DNA from: a virus
DNA length: 40,908 bases
IMG/VR virus record: IMGVR_UViG_3300007520_000036
Direction: 5' to 3' (one strand)
Shown here: positions 24,618 to 33,051 of the stretch, one piece after another
Position numbering within the stretch: the first letter of the stretch is position 1
Layout: each line of letters begins with the position of its first letter
Position numbers and translations under genes: made by a program
Notes under the pieces: generated by a model
What the model saw: only the letters and a program-made list of their open reading frames with translations
Told to the model about the DNA's origin: nothing
The model's database searches: none

Positions 24618-26320
24618 GCGTAATTCTCACACCAAATCAATCAATCGTTTGCGCGCCTACGACCTTAAGCGACGACTTAATCAATTACGATTGGTTTGTA
24701 AACGCCGAGAATTGGCAGGACACGGGCAGCAACATACTAACAGTAGGTGCTTATGGTGGCGTGCAGATTTATGCGCTTGACGTAGGCGATGGATTTTTAC
24801 CCTACACGCTCTACTATGCGCAAACAATAGTAACGGATTGCGATTTCGTGCTTTACAACGTGCTGTTTGATTTCGTCAGCTACACAGGTACGATAACCGT
24901 CAGCAACGCTATTGCGTCAGCCGGAACGGGCGTAGTTATCACAGGCAGCGGGTGGTGGTCTTTTCTACTACCTAAAAACACGAAGCCGAATTTTGCTTAC
25001 CAAGGCTTAGCGGGTATTACGCGAATATCAAACCTTCAAGCCTACTGCATAACCGCCGCTCCGGATTGCGATTGCAGGCACGGGGATTACATTCAGCCGA
25101 TACTTGCCGAATGTGTTGTTCCGGATAGCGTCGCCGAAATGATGGCGGCAATACGCGCTGAATGGATAGCCGAAAGCACTACCTACGAATCACCGCTATG
25201 TGTTGCCGAGGTTCTTGAATCGCTAGCAGAAATAGGCACGGGGATATGTGACATGACAAGCGAGGGCGTTACGGTTCAATACCCCGCTATAATTGGCGCC
25301 GACGTGGTTTTAAACGGCAGCTTTGCAAGTGGTGCGAACTGGACACCGTCGGGCAGAATGTCAATAGGTAGCGGCTCGCTCAATTGTAACGCAACGGTAG
25401 GCGGTGCGGAATGCTTTCAAACGTGCTTGATTGTCGGCAACTACTACAAGATAACGCTGACGGTATCGGGGTCGACAGGCGGCGAGGTTAAAGTTCAGTT
25501 CGGTACTGTAAACACTATCGGCACGGTAAGCACTAACGCTACTGTCACGTTATACGGCAAGTGCATAACCGACGGCAAGCTGATATTTGAAGCAAGCGCA
25601 TCAGCGGCTTTCAACGGCTCGATTGACAACGTATCGGCACGACCTATCTCTATTTTTGAATTCACGGCTTTATTCGACTCAGGGCTATCGTTAGGATTTA
25701 CACAGGACTTCATTCAGGTTGAAGACGACATTGTGTTCCAACGCATGACGCTCAACCCTACCACCGACCCTGTAGCGATTACCAAAGACTGCTTTCGTGT
25801 CTTTGTCTATAATTCACACAATGAATCGGTAAGCACTGCTTACGAGCCTGAGTACTGCTTGACCGAGCCGTGGCAAATCACTACTAACGCGTGCGGCACG
25901 TTGCTGCTGACCGCGTTAATGGAAACATCGACTAGTTCGTGGGGATGGGGTTTTGCGGTTGAAAATAGCGGTATTTATTCTCCACGCATGAGAGTCTTTG
26001 CCGACCTTACCGAACCGAAATTCCCTACCGAATTAGACCAATTTGAAACAAGCTTTCACTACATATCACTGATATACGGTGAAAGGCGAAAAGTTAGCTT
26101 ACTAAAGATTAACAGGTCGCCGCTTTACGTTCATGAATTCATTAGCCTTGCTTGCCGCACCGATTTGTTTGGCATAAGGTTAGCCGATAACGAGGCAAAC
26201 TTCTACTTCACCAATACCGAGGAGTACACGCCGCAATGGATAAGAACGATGCGCATCGCTCCAGCTACAATCGAGGTGCAGGTCAAGCAACAGGACACCG
26301 TGAAAAACCTTTGTGATTAA
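24614..26320 (+). CDS. Tail tip / receptor-binding protein with a CBM-like jelly-roll segment
   Basis: ATGA-coupled. VVLNGSFASGANWTPSG...YYKITLTVSGSTGGEVKVQFG resembles the NG(G/S)FE..G...W starts of carbohydrate-binding modules. Confidence 0.45.
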   Translation: MSVILTPNQSIVCAPTTLSDDLINYDWFVNAENWQDTGSNILTVGAYGGVQIYALDVGDGFLPYTLYYAQTIVTDCDFVLYNVLFDFVSYTGTITVSNAIASAGTGVVITGSGWWSFLLPKNTKPNFAYQGLAGITRISNLQAYCITAAPDCDCRHGDYIQPILAECVVPDSVAEMMAAIRAEWIAESTTYESPLCVAEVLESLAEIGTGICDMTSEGVTVQYPAIIGADVVLNGSFASGANWTPSGRMSIGSGSLNCNATVGGAECFQTCLIVGNYYKITLTVSGSTGGEVKVQFGTVNTIGTVSTNATVTLYGKCITDGKLIFEASASAAFNGSIDNVSARPISIFEFTALFDSGLSLGFTQDFIQVEDDIVFQRMTLNPTTDPVAITKDCFRVFVYNSHNESVSTAYEPEYCLTEPWQITTNACGTLLLTALMETSTSSWGWGFAVENSGIYSPRMRVFADLTEPKFPTELDQFETSFHYISLIYGERRKVSLLKINRSPLYVHEFISLACRTDLFGIRLADNEANFYFTNTEEYTPQWIRTMRIAPATIEVQVKQQDTVKNLCD

Positions 26321-26326
26321 TTTACT

Positions 26327-26334
26327 TATATTTG
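26327..26334 (+). promoter_or_regulatory. TATATTTG -7 promoter motif
   Basis: TAnnTTTG in the 84-bp intergenic region before the ATG at 26405. Confidence 0.45.
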
Positions 26335-26404
26335 CCCTGTCGTGCGATGTGGCGTTCCGAGCCAATAAATCGGAGAAGTAAAAAATATCAAAAGTTAAAA
26401 AAAA

Positions 26405-26944
26405 ATGTCATATATCCAATATGGATGCGGCGACCTTCCTAACCATGAGTTAGTGCCGTGTGGCGTATATCCTAAAGGCGGCATTTCGGCGATTGGGATT
26501 CTGGAAACAGATCACACCATCACCGACTTTACAAACGCCGCGCAATATACCGCCGCGATAGCGAACAACTCGCTGAATGTTATTAAGAACATTCGGGGCA
26601 ATGTTCCCGACCCCTCCCCCGTTGAAGGCGACAACCCTGTAGGTTGCGGCCCTGATACGATTCTCAACGGCTTTAATTGGACAGCAAATTGGATGGATGC
26701 CAACGTAACGAGCGGCAACATTGATTTTTACAACCAATTGAACACCCGCACGACCTTTCTGATAATTTATCTTTGCGATGAAGACACGGTCATGGTTGTT
26801 GAGCGTGCCGTTAATTACATCGGTTTTAACACCGTACCGGCAAGCAACAAAGAGTTGCAGATGTTTAACGCCACCGCGCGCGCATCGTTAAGTGCGAACG
26901 GTTTACCGCTTAAATACGACGCTCCGGCGGGTATTTTCGAGTAA
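26405..26944 (+). CDS. Virion structural protein with its own promoter motif and terminator (candidate major tail tube protein)
   Basis: 179 aa, a monocistronic-looking unit between a promoter motif and a strong terminator. The function is a positional guess. Confidence 0.3.
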   Translation: MSYIQYGCGDLPNHELVPCGVYPKGGISAIGILETDHTITDFTNAAQYTAAIANNSLNVIKNIRGNVPDPSPVEGDNPVGCGPDTILNGFNWTANWMDANVTSGNIDFYNQLNTRTTFLIIYLCDEDTVMVVERAVNYIGFNTVPASNKELQMFNATARASLSANGLPLKYDAPAGIFE

Positions 26945-26961
26945 GATGTTAAGCTGTTAAT

Positions 26962-26993
26962 AAAAAGCCCTTGCGATTGTAAGGGCTTTTTTT
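26962..26993 (+). terminator. Rho-independent terminator
   Basis: 11-bp stem aaaaagccctt/aagggcttttt, 8-nt loop, T-run. Confidence 0.85.
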
Positions 26994-27011
26994 ATTTCAA
27001 AATGAATTGAC

Positions 27012-27019
27012 TAATTTTG
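27012..27019 (+). promoter_or_regulatory. TAATTTTG -7 promoter motif at the head of the glyco cassette
   Basis: TAnnTTTG lies 3 nt upstream of the ATG at 27023. Confidence 0.45.
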
Positions 27020-27022
27020 AAA

Positions 27023-27193
27023 ATGAACAAAAAGATAAGGTTTACCGGCGGCGTTCAGATATACTCAGCCGTTGTAGGCGAATTGGCTACCAAGGGCTAT
27101 TGGTTGCCACGCGTCGACCTTGCTGAATTCGAGGCAGGAGATATAAGCTTTGAAGTCAACCACAAACACAAAAAAATGATACGTATACGATGA
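27023..27193 (+). CDS. Small ORF (56 aa), absent from the track
   Basis: My translation is MNKKIRFTGGVQIYSAVVGELATKGYWLPRVDLAEFEAGDISFEVNHKHKKMIRIR. Confidence 0.4.
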   Translation: MNKKIRFTGGVQIYSAVVGELATKGYWLPRVDLAEFEAGDISFEVNHKHKKMIRIR

Positions 27194-27277
27194 TATGCTT
27201 CAATTACGACAGGCATAAACGCTTCATTACATACATGATAACCAAGGCTCAAAGCATACACTTTATAGCCCTATGAC

Positions 27278-28219
27278 ATGACGAAAAAAACAAGTGAAAC
27301 AGGCATATTGCTAATGGCTTTCGGTAAGCCGCAATACGCTCAAATGGCGTTCAATATGGCTTTGTCAATAAAAGCGCACGGCACGACGGCACGCATTCAG
27401 CTAGTGCATGACGACTCGGTAAAAGGACTTAGGCACGATCAGCTTTGGCCGTTTGATATACTCACGCCGATCAAGCACGACGACCTGTATAGCGGGGCTT
27501 CAATGAATCCGGGCAGGGCAAAAACACGGATGGACTTTTATACCGAGTTTGAAAATACGATATACTTAGATGTCGACGGTATATGCTTAAAACCGATACA
27601 GCCTTTGATTGACCACATGGACGCGCTTAGCGGCTATTACTACGTTCAATCGGCTAATTGGTACGAGCCGAGCAACGCCGTGCCTACACACAACTTGAAG
27701 CGTGACGGCTTAGCTTTCCCGCAAATGCAGTGGGCTTTGCCTGAAAAGATATGGCAAGTCCACGGACTGAAAGAAGATGCTGAGGTAACGGCTATCAATT
27801 CATCGTTCACCTATTTCAGAAAGAACGAATCGAAAGCATTCTTTGATAGCGTCCGCGACAACATCGACAACGGATTAAAGCCCGGCGAATACAGTTTGTT
27901 GTGGGGCGGCACGTACCCCGACGAACTAGCATTTAACATCGCGTGCGCTCAACACGAAGTAAACCCGTCGGCTATGCTCAATCCGATATGGTTTCAATTC
28001 GGCAAGCCGCTTACTAAGCCCGCCGAAATGACTGCTAACTACTATTTTTTGGGCTTGTACGGAGGCGCACACGTTACCCACAGTTCGGCGGGTGACTATT
28101 ACGACAGGCTTATGTTCGGGTATTGCCGCAATATGGGGCTAACACATCAGTTCAAATGGCACTTCCTTAGCAAGGCAAAGCACCAAGGCAAAAGCACTCA
28201 GTTAAAGCGGTTAAACTAA
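27278..28219 (+). CDS. GT-A fold nucleotide-sugar glycosyltransferase (GT8-like)
   Basis: N-terminal GILLMAFGKPQYAQMA, DxD motif YLDVDGICL, 313 aa, no TM helix. Confidence 0.5.
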   Translation: MTKKTSETGILLMAFGKPQYAQMAFNMALSIKAHGTTARIQLVHDDSVKGLRHDQLWPFDILTPIKHDDLYSGASMNPGRAKTRMDFYTEFENTIYLDVDGICLKPIQPLIDHMDALSGYYYVQSANWYEPSNAVPTHNLKRDGLAFPQMQWALPEKIWQVHGLKEDAEVTAINSSFTYFRKNESKAFFDSVRDNIDNGLKPGEYSLLWGGTYPDELAFNIACAQHEVNPSAMLNPIWFQFGKPLTKPAEMTANYYFLGLYGGAHVTHSSAGDYYDRLMFGYCRNMGLTHQFKWHFLSKAKHQGKSTQLKRLN

Positions 28220-28849
28220 ATGAAGGTATCAATTATCACAACCTGCAAGGGGCGGCTTGACCACCTTAAGCAGTGCTTACCGAGTTGGTTTAACCAATCC
28301 TTTGCAGATGTCGAGATTGTAATGGTGGATTACAACTGCCCTGAGCAAAGCGGCGACTACTGCGACTGCTTAGGCGAGGGTATTGTAGTTGTCCGCCCTG
28401 AGGGTATCGGTAAGTATTTTAACCTTAGCCATGCCCGTAATATCGGCGCGCTATCTGCAAGCGGTGATGTAATGTTCTTTATTGACGCTGACACGACGCT
28501 CGACAACGATTTTATTCAGCACCACGTCGATAACGTGCTTGTCGACGGTAGGTTCTTATCGGGGTGGTTCTACGGCGACGCAACAGGTAGCTGCATTGTA
28601 TGGGCGCGTGACTTTAAAACGGTGCGGGGCTTCAATGAAAACGTCGAAGGGTGGGGTTTTGACGACATAGACTTCTATAAGCGTTTAGAGGCTAATGGCA
28701 TTGAGCAGAAAGGCTTTGAACGTGGTATCGTCACTATTAAGCACGGCGACGAAGACAGGGTGAAGCATTACCACAGCAGTAATTTAAGGGCAACAGATAT
28801 GAACAACCAAAGAAAAACGAAGCAAAAATTTATAAGTTGTATATTATGA
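28220..28849 (+). CDS. Family 2 glycosyltransferase
   Basis: MKVSIITTCKGRLDHLKQCL, FFIDADTT (DxD), GFNENVEGWGFDDIDFYKRL (GT2 / Glyco_transf_7C-like). Confidence 0.8.
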   Translation: MKVSIITTCKGRLDHLKQCLPSWFNQSFADVEIVMVDYNCPEQSGDYCDCLGEGIVVVRPEGIGKYFNLSHARNIGALSASGDVMFFIDADTTLDNDFIQHHVDNVLVDGRFLSGWFYGDATGSCIVWARDFKTVRGFNENVEGWGFDDIDFYKRLEANGIEQKGFERGIVTIKHGDEDRVKHYHSSNLRATDMNNQRKTKQKFISCIL

Positions 28850-29391
28850 AAGTGACTTGGAAAGACTTAAAGGGGTGGTTCGACTTCCCATCAATTTACG
28901 ACCGCGCAATTGAAACCGCGCCACGCGGGGCGACGCTTGTCGAGGTCGGCGTGGCTTACGGGCGGTCAATCAATTACATGGCGACGCAGTCTAAGCTTGC
29001 CGATAAGGCGTTGAAGATTGTTGGCGTGGACTTGTTCATGGGTAGCGTTAAGGAAAAGCCCGGCACGTACGCAAAGGATATGTTTGACCAATTTGTTCAC
29101 GGCGTTCACGCGTGCGGTAATAACGACGTAATAAGAACGCTTTTAGGCGATAGTGCCGAGTCGGCAAAGAACTTCAAAGACAAAAGCTGCCACCTCGTAT
29201 TTATCGACGCGTCACACACATACGACGAGGTAAAGCGGGACTTGATCGCGTGGCTGCCCAAAGTATCGCGTGGCGGTATATTCGCCGGTCACGACATAGA
29301 CGCCGAGGGTGTGCGCAAAGCCGTCAATGAGGTATTAGGCAAGGAAGGCGTTGATTGGGTTATCGAGGGCAGAAGTTGGGTGATGTCATGA
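28846..29391 (+). CDS. Class I SAM-dependent methyltransferase (Methyltransf_24-like)
   Basis: LVEVGVAYGRSINYMA, VFIDASHTYDEVKRDL, GGIFAGHD. The ATG at 28846 makes an ATGA overlap with the GT2 stop. Confidence 0.7.
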   Translation: MKVTWKDLKGWFDFPSIYDRAIETAPRGATLVEVGVAYGRSINYMATQSKLADKALKIVGVDLFMGSVKEKPGTYAKDMFDQFVHGVHACGNNDVIRTLLGDSAESAKNFKDKSCHLVFIDASHTYDEVKRDLIAWLPKVSRGGIFAGHDIDAEGVRKAVNEVLGKEGVDWVIEGRSWVMS

Positions 29392-29492
29392 AGCGCAACA
29401 AGATTTATTATAACGACCCTGAATATTGGGAAATAGCCGTGGCAATTATTTTATTTGGCGCAATAGCGTTTTTGTTCATCGCTTTTGCTTAG
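29388..29492 (+). CDS. Small single-TM ORF (34 aa), absent from the track
   Basis: My translation is MKRNKIYYNDPEYWEIAVAIILFGAIAFLFIAFA. ATGA-coupled to the methyltransferase. Confidence 0.4.
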   Translation: MKRNKIYYNDPEYWEIAVAIILFGAIAFLFIAFA

Positions 29493-29499
29493 TTTTGAA
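29483..29499 (+). repeat. 17-nt direct repeat TTTTGCTTAGTTTTGAA, copy 1 (contains TAGTTTTG)
   Basis: Identical to 29571..29587. Embeds a TAnnTTTG motif at 29490..29497. Confidence 0.9.
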
Positions 29500-29531
29500 T
29501 CGGTTTAGTTATTGGCTTTGAGGTCAAGGTG

Positions 29532-29562
29532 AAAGCCGCTCAATTTTGGGCGGCTTTTTTTT
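29532..29562 (+). terminator. Rho-independent terminator splitting the glyco cassette
   Basis: 8-bp stem aaagccgc/gcggcttt, 10-nt loop, T8 run. Confidence 0.8.
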
Positions 29563-29570
29563 ATAACTTG

Positions 29571-29587
29571 TTTTGCTTAGTTTTGAA
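29571..29587 (+). repeat. 17-nt direct repeat TTTTGCTTAGTTTTGAA, copy 2 (contains TAGTTTTG)
   Basis: Identical to 29483..29499. Embeds TAnnTTTG at 29578..29585, 21 nt before the ATG at 29607. Confidence 0.9.
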
Positions 29588-29606
29588 AAACTTACGACAA
29601 AACCGA

Positions 29607-29777
29607 ATGACATACTCCATACAAATCGATGGGCAAACAGTAAGCAAGGCAGCAGATGAAAGCACGCGCGACATCATTTTTACCGCTATAAAAAAAGCCC
29701 ACCCATACAAGCTTGTTACATGGTCTGTTATAAAAGCCGGAACCACCAAATGTTGCGGAGCAATAGAAAAGGCATGA
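29607..29777 (+). CDS. Small protein (56 aa)
   Basis: Internal Met of track ORF 29529..29777. The longer form would start inside the terminator hairpin. Confidence 0.45.
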   Translation: MTYSIQIDGQTVSKAADESTRDIIFTAIKKAHPYKLVTWSVIKAGTTKCCGAIEKA

Positions 29778-30625
29778 AGCGCAAAAAGGTTCGAGTCGTG
29801 ACAAATTGGTGTAGTTCGTTTGACATACACGACAGGATAATTGACCAATTTTGCGCCGATAAAACAACCCTCGGCTTTGAATTTACCGCCTCGGATGATT
29901 ACGACTACCTAGTCGCATTCAACGATATGAGGGGCTTTACGCCGTTAGTTCCTAAATCCAATATCTTAGGCTTCATTCAAGAGCCACCAAACCATGCGCA
30001 TTTTTACGACACGAAATTAGCGGACAGCTGCGAATTGGTTTACACCTGCGCCGCGCCACATCAATATCCTGTTTATAGCGATAACATGAAAGGCTTTCCG
30101 TGCGGTATGTTCTTTCACATGGGCGGTGATATACTCGATTATTTCGGTAAGCCCGAAAAAACTAAAGACGTGTCAATGATTACCAGCGGCATACGTGGCG
30201 GCTTCTACGAACACCGCCGCAACCTTGCCTCTTATCTTCACCGTAGCGGCACGGCTGATGTTTTCGGCAGGGGGCTATCGACAGGTAAAGGCACGCTGCA
30301 AAACAAAGCAGACGGGCTAATGCCCTACAAGTTTAGCGTGTGCATGGAGAACGGAATATACGAAGGATACATTTCAGATAAGATTATAGACGCTGTTTTG
30401 TGCGACGCGATACCCATCTATGTAGGTGCGCCTGATGTTGCTGCATTCATTCCTTTTGCCATTGTACTCGATAACTTTACCAATCCAAAGCGAGCCGCTG
30501 CGGACATAAAAGAAATCATTCAGTCGGTAAATTACGACGCTATCTACCCAAAGATGCAAGCGTTTAAAAAGCTATATTTAAGCAAGCATTCAATACTAAC
30601 TAAGATTAACGAGTTTGTAAAATGA
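29774..30625 (+). CDS. GT10-like (alpha-1,3/4-fucosyltransferase family) glycosyltransferase
   Basis: YKFSVCMENGIYEGYISDKIIDAVLCDAIPIY matches the GT10 FxLxFENS...YxTEK motif. The ATG at 29774 is ATGA-coupled to the upstream ORF. Confidence 0.65.
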   Translation: MKRKKVRVVTNWCSSFDIHDRIIDQFCADKTTLGFEFTASDDYDYLVAFNDMRGFTPLVPKSNILGFIQEPPNHAHFYDTKLADSCELVYTCAAPHQYPVYSDNMKGFPCGMFFHMGGDILDYFGKPEKTKDVSMITSGIRGGFYEHRRNLASYLHRSGTADVFGRGLSTGKGTLQNKADGLMPYKFSVCMENGIYEGYISDKIIDAVLCDAIPIYVGAPDVAAFIPFAIVLDNFTNPKRAAADIKEIIQSVNYDAIYPKMQAFKKLYLSKHSILTKINEFVK

Positions 30626-31233
30626 AGACAATACACGCAACGATAGCCAAACTTATTGCCACAGGCGGTAAGGTGATATTTGAGATAGGCGCACATAAAG
30701 GCGAGGACACAGCGCACCTTGCATCGATTAAAGGCAGCGTCGTTCATGCCTTTGAATGCGACCCGCGCAACATCTTAACGCGATTACCTGCTAACGTGCG
30801 CATCAATTACAGCGCGGTATCTAACCACAACGGCACTCAGGACTTTTGGCTATCCGAAAAGCCAGGCGCGCAATGGACTTGCAGCAGCAGCTTGTTGCTA
30901 CCAAAGAAGCACTTAGAGGAACACCCGCAAATCAAGTTCGACCGCCGCGTAGAGGTAAGATGCACAACGCTCGACACGTACTGCGAATCGAATAGAATCG
31001 AAGCAATAGACTTTATTTGGATGGACGTACAAGGCGCGGAACACCTCGTATTTGAAGGCGGCAATTCTATACTGAAAAACACGCATTTCATATTCACCGA
31101 ATACGCCGACAACGAGCAGTTTAGAACTCAAAAACCATTGGCGGATTTATTACTAATTTTGGGTAAGAATTGGCGCGTTGTCGAGAAGTGGGATTATGAC
31201 GTGCTGCTAATCAATGACAACTTTAAAATGTAA
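30622..31233 (+). CDS. FkbM-family SAM-dependent methyltransferase
   Basis: IFEIGAHKGEDT, AFECDPRN, NHNGTQDFW, CTTLDTYC, IDFIWMDVQGAEHLVFEGG. ATGA-coupled to the GT10 gene. Confidence 0.8.
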   Translation: MKTIHATIAKLIATGGKVIFEIGAHKGEDTAHLASIKGSVVHAFECDPRNILTRLPANVRINYSAVSNHNGTQDFWLSEKPGAQWTCSSSLLLPKKHLEEHPQIKFDRRVEVRCTTLDTYCESNRIEAIDFIWMDVQGAEHLVFEGGNSILKNTHFIFTEYADNEQFRTQKPLADLLLILGKNWRVVEKWDYDVLLINDNFKM

Positions 31234-31272
31234 AGATATGTGTGGCTGCAAAAAAAAACCTAGAGGCAAAAG

Positions 31273-33051
31273 ATGATTAACGACGAGCAAAACGTATCAC
31301 CCTTAGAGGGCGCGCTAAATCATGTCGTTAAAGTGCTTAAAGGCACGAAGGGAGATGCTACGCCCGACTTTTACGACACCTATGCAGATTCTGTCAAGGT
31401 GGCCAGTAAGCTCCGGCCACACGCTGAATATGACTACTTCCCCGACGAACTTTTTGCGGAAAAAGCACCGAACCAAACCGCTGCTGAATTCACGTATCAA
31501 AAAGGGATATATCAGCCCGTAACCGTGCCTTACTTCCACAAAGCGGCTAACACCGCTTATCGGATATGGAACGAGCAGAACTACGATATTATTTGGGGTG
31601 AAGGCAACGACGAGCAGCGCGACTACTTTTATAAGCAGTTTCCTTTCTGGGGCAACTTAGAAAGCTATTATAAACAGGTCGTCACGCCTCGCGACCTAAC
31701 AGACCCGAACGCGGTTATTGTTCACGTGCCTATAAACTTAGCGTTCACTGAGGAGGGTATATTCGATGACAGCAAGCGCGTTGAGGTAATAGCCGATTTA
31801 TACCCGTGTGAGCGTGTATGGCTATTTGAAGACGATACCGAATGTATTATCGCGTCTTATGAACACTCGATGCTTGACGGTGATAAAACGGACGGCCTCG
31901 TATTGTGGTACTTTGATAAAAACGAAATCTACAAGCTTACGCAATACGGCAAAAAACAGGAATACACCTTTAACATCGAGCTGTATTATGCCCATAACCG
32001 CGACAAGATGCCATGTCGTCGCCTTGGTGGCATTCCAATTCAAAGGCAAGATAACTTTTACTTTCAATCGTTCTTTAGCCCTGTTGTACCCGCTTTGAAT
32101 CAAGCGCTATGTGACAGCTCGACGCTATCAATATCTAAGTATAGCCACGCCTTTTTGCAAAAGTGGGAATACGTCGACGACTGCGAGGTGTGCGACGGCT
32201 CAGGCAATGAAAGCTATCACATGGAAGGCTTCAACGAGCTAAAGACCCGTATCTGCTCAGGTTGCCACGGCGCGGGGGCTAAGCGTATGTTTTCCGCTTC
32301 GTCGGTTTATCAAGTTCAATCTCCCACGAAATTCAATACCGAAAAGGAGAAAATGGCCATACCACCCGCGGGCTTTATTGACATAGACCATGGCATCCTT
32401 GACTTTTTGCAAACACAGGTCGAAAAGAATATACAAAGCGCCTTTGAGCTGTTGTCAATAGACGTAATGAACAGCGACAAAATCAGCGGGCGTGAAACGG
32501 CAACAGGCAAGGCAATAGACCGCGAGGAACTGTATTCGTTTTTACTCAGGTTTAGCGAAACGGTATTTAACTTATTTGAGTTTAGCGTTAACACAATCGG
32601 AGAAATGCGATTCGGCAAAGAATGGCAAGCGCCTTCAATCCGCTATCCGCAAAACTTTGAGATGCGAACCGATACGGAACTAACCGAGGAGCTAAAAGCC
32701 GCTCCCGACTTCGCTAAACCGATGCTTGCCATGCAGTACGCAGGCGCGCGCTTCGCCACGCAAGAAAGCAAAGCGGACTTGCTTAAGATTTCGTTTTCGT
32801 TAGACTACTTTTTCGGCAAAGAGGTCAAAGATGTGATAGCCCTCGTTTCGTCAGGCATTGCGCCGAAATGGAAGGCGACGCTTCACAACGAAATGATGTC
32901 TATAATCCGCGAAGCTATTGCCGGTAACGCTACGTTCATGGACTTAGACGCTATCGAGCGTCAAGCGATTGTCGATGCGATAGCTCAGGCAAGAACGCCC
33001 GACAACGCGAGGTTAACGCCGGAGCAAATCCTTTCGGAAATTATAATATGA
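31273..33051 (+). CDS. Portal protein (putative) with an embedded CxxCxGxG zinc-finger pair
   Basis: 592 aa, immediately upstream of and ATGA-coupled to the Mu F/SPP1 gp7-like gene. The call is positional only. Confidence 0.5.
   Translation: MINDEQNVSPLEGALNHVVKVLKGTKGDATPDFYDTYADSVKVASKLRPHAEYDYFPDELFAEKAPNQTAAEFTYQKGIYQPVTVPYFHKAANTAYRIWNEQNYDIIWGEGNDEQRDYFYKQFPFWGNLESYYKQVVTPRDLTDPNAVIVHVPINLAFTEEGIFDDSKRVEVIADLYPCERVWLFEDDTECIIASYEHSMLDGDKTDGLVLWYFDKNEIYKLTQYGKKQEYTFNIELYYAHNRDKMPCRRLGGIPIQRQDNFYFQSFFSPVVPALNQALCDSSTLSISKYSHAFLQKWEYVDDCEVCDGSGNESYHMEGFNELKTRICSGCHGAGAKRMFSASSVYQVQSPTKFNTEKEKMAIPPAGFIDIDHGILDFLQTQVEKNIQSAFELLSIDVMNSDKISGRETATGKAIDREELYSFLLRFSETVFNLFEFSVNTIGEMRFGKEWQAPSIRYPQNFEMRTDTELTEELKAAPDFAKPMLAMQYAGARFATQESKADLLKISFSLDYFFGKEVKDVIALVSSGIAPKWKATLHNEMMSIIREAIAGNATFMDLDAIERQAIVDAIAQARTPDNARLTPEQILSEIII

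Noticed and set aside
29529-29606. Longer form of ORF 29529..29777
   Set aside because: Its first 26 codons (MKAAQFWAAFFYNLF...) are the terminator hairpin and T-run read as protein. I preferred the internal ATG at 29607 behind a promoter motif. For the same reason I trimmed 36231 to 36294, 13098 to 13185, 845 to 887 and 29720 to 29774.
29786-29800. GGTTCGAGTC, which looks like a tRNA T-loop
   Set aside because: There is no complementary T-stem, acceptor stem or anticodon arm around it, and it lies inside the GT10-like coding sequence. I found no tRNA-like structure anywhere in the window.
31238-31276. 12-codon mini-ORF MCGCKKKPRGKR with an A9 run, ATGA-coupled to the portal start
   Set aside because: It is too short to support, and the A-run and coupling could be coincidental. 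I noted it only as a possible upstream ORF or slippage site.
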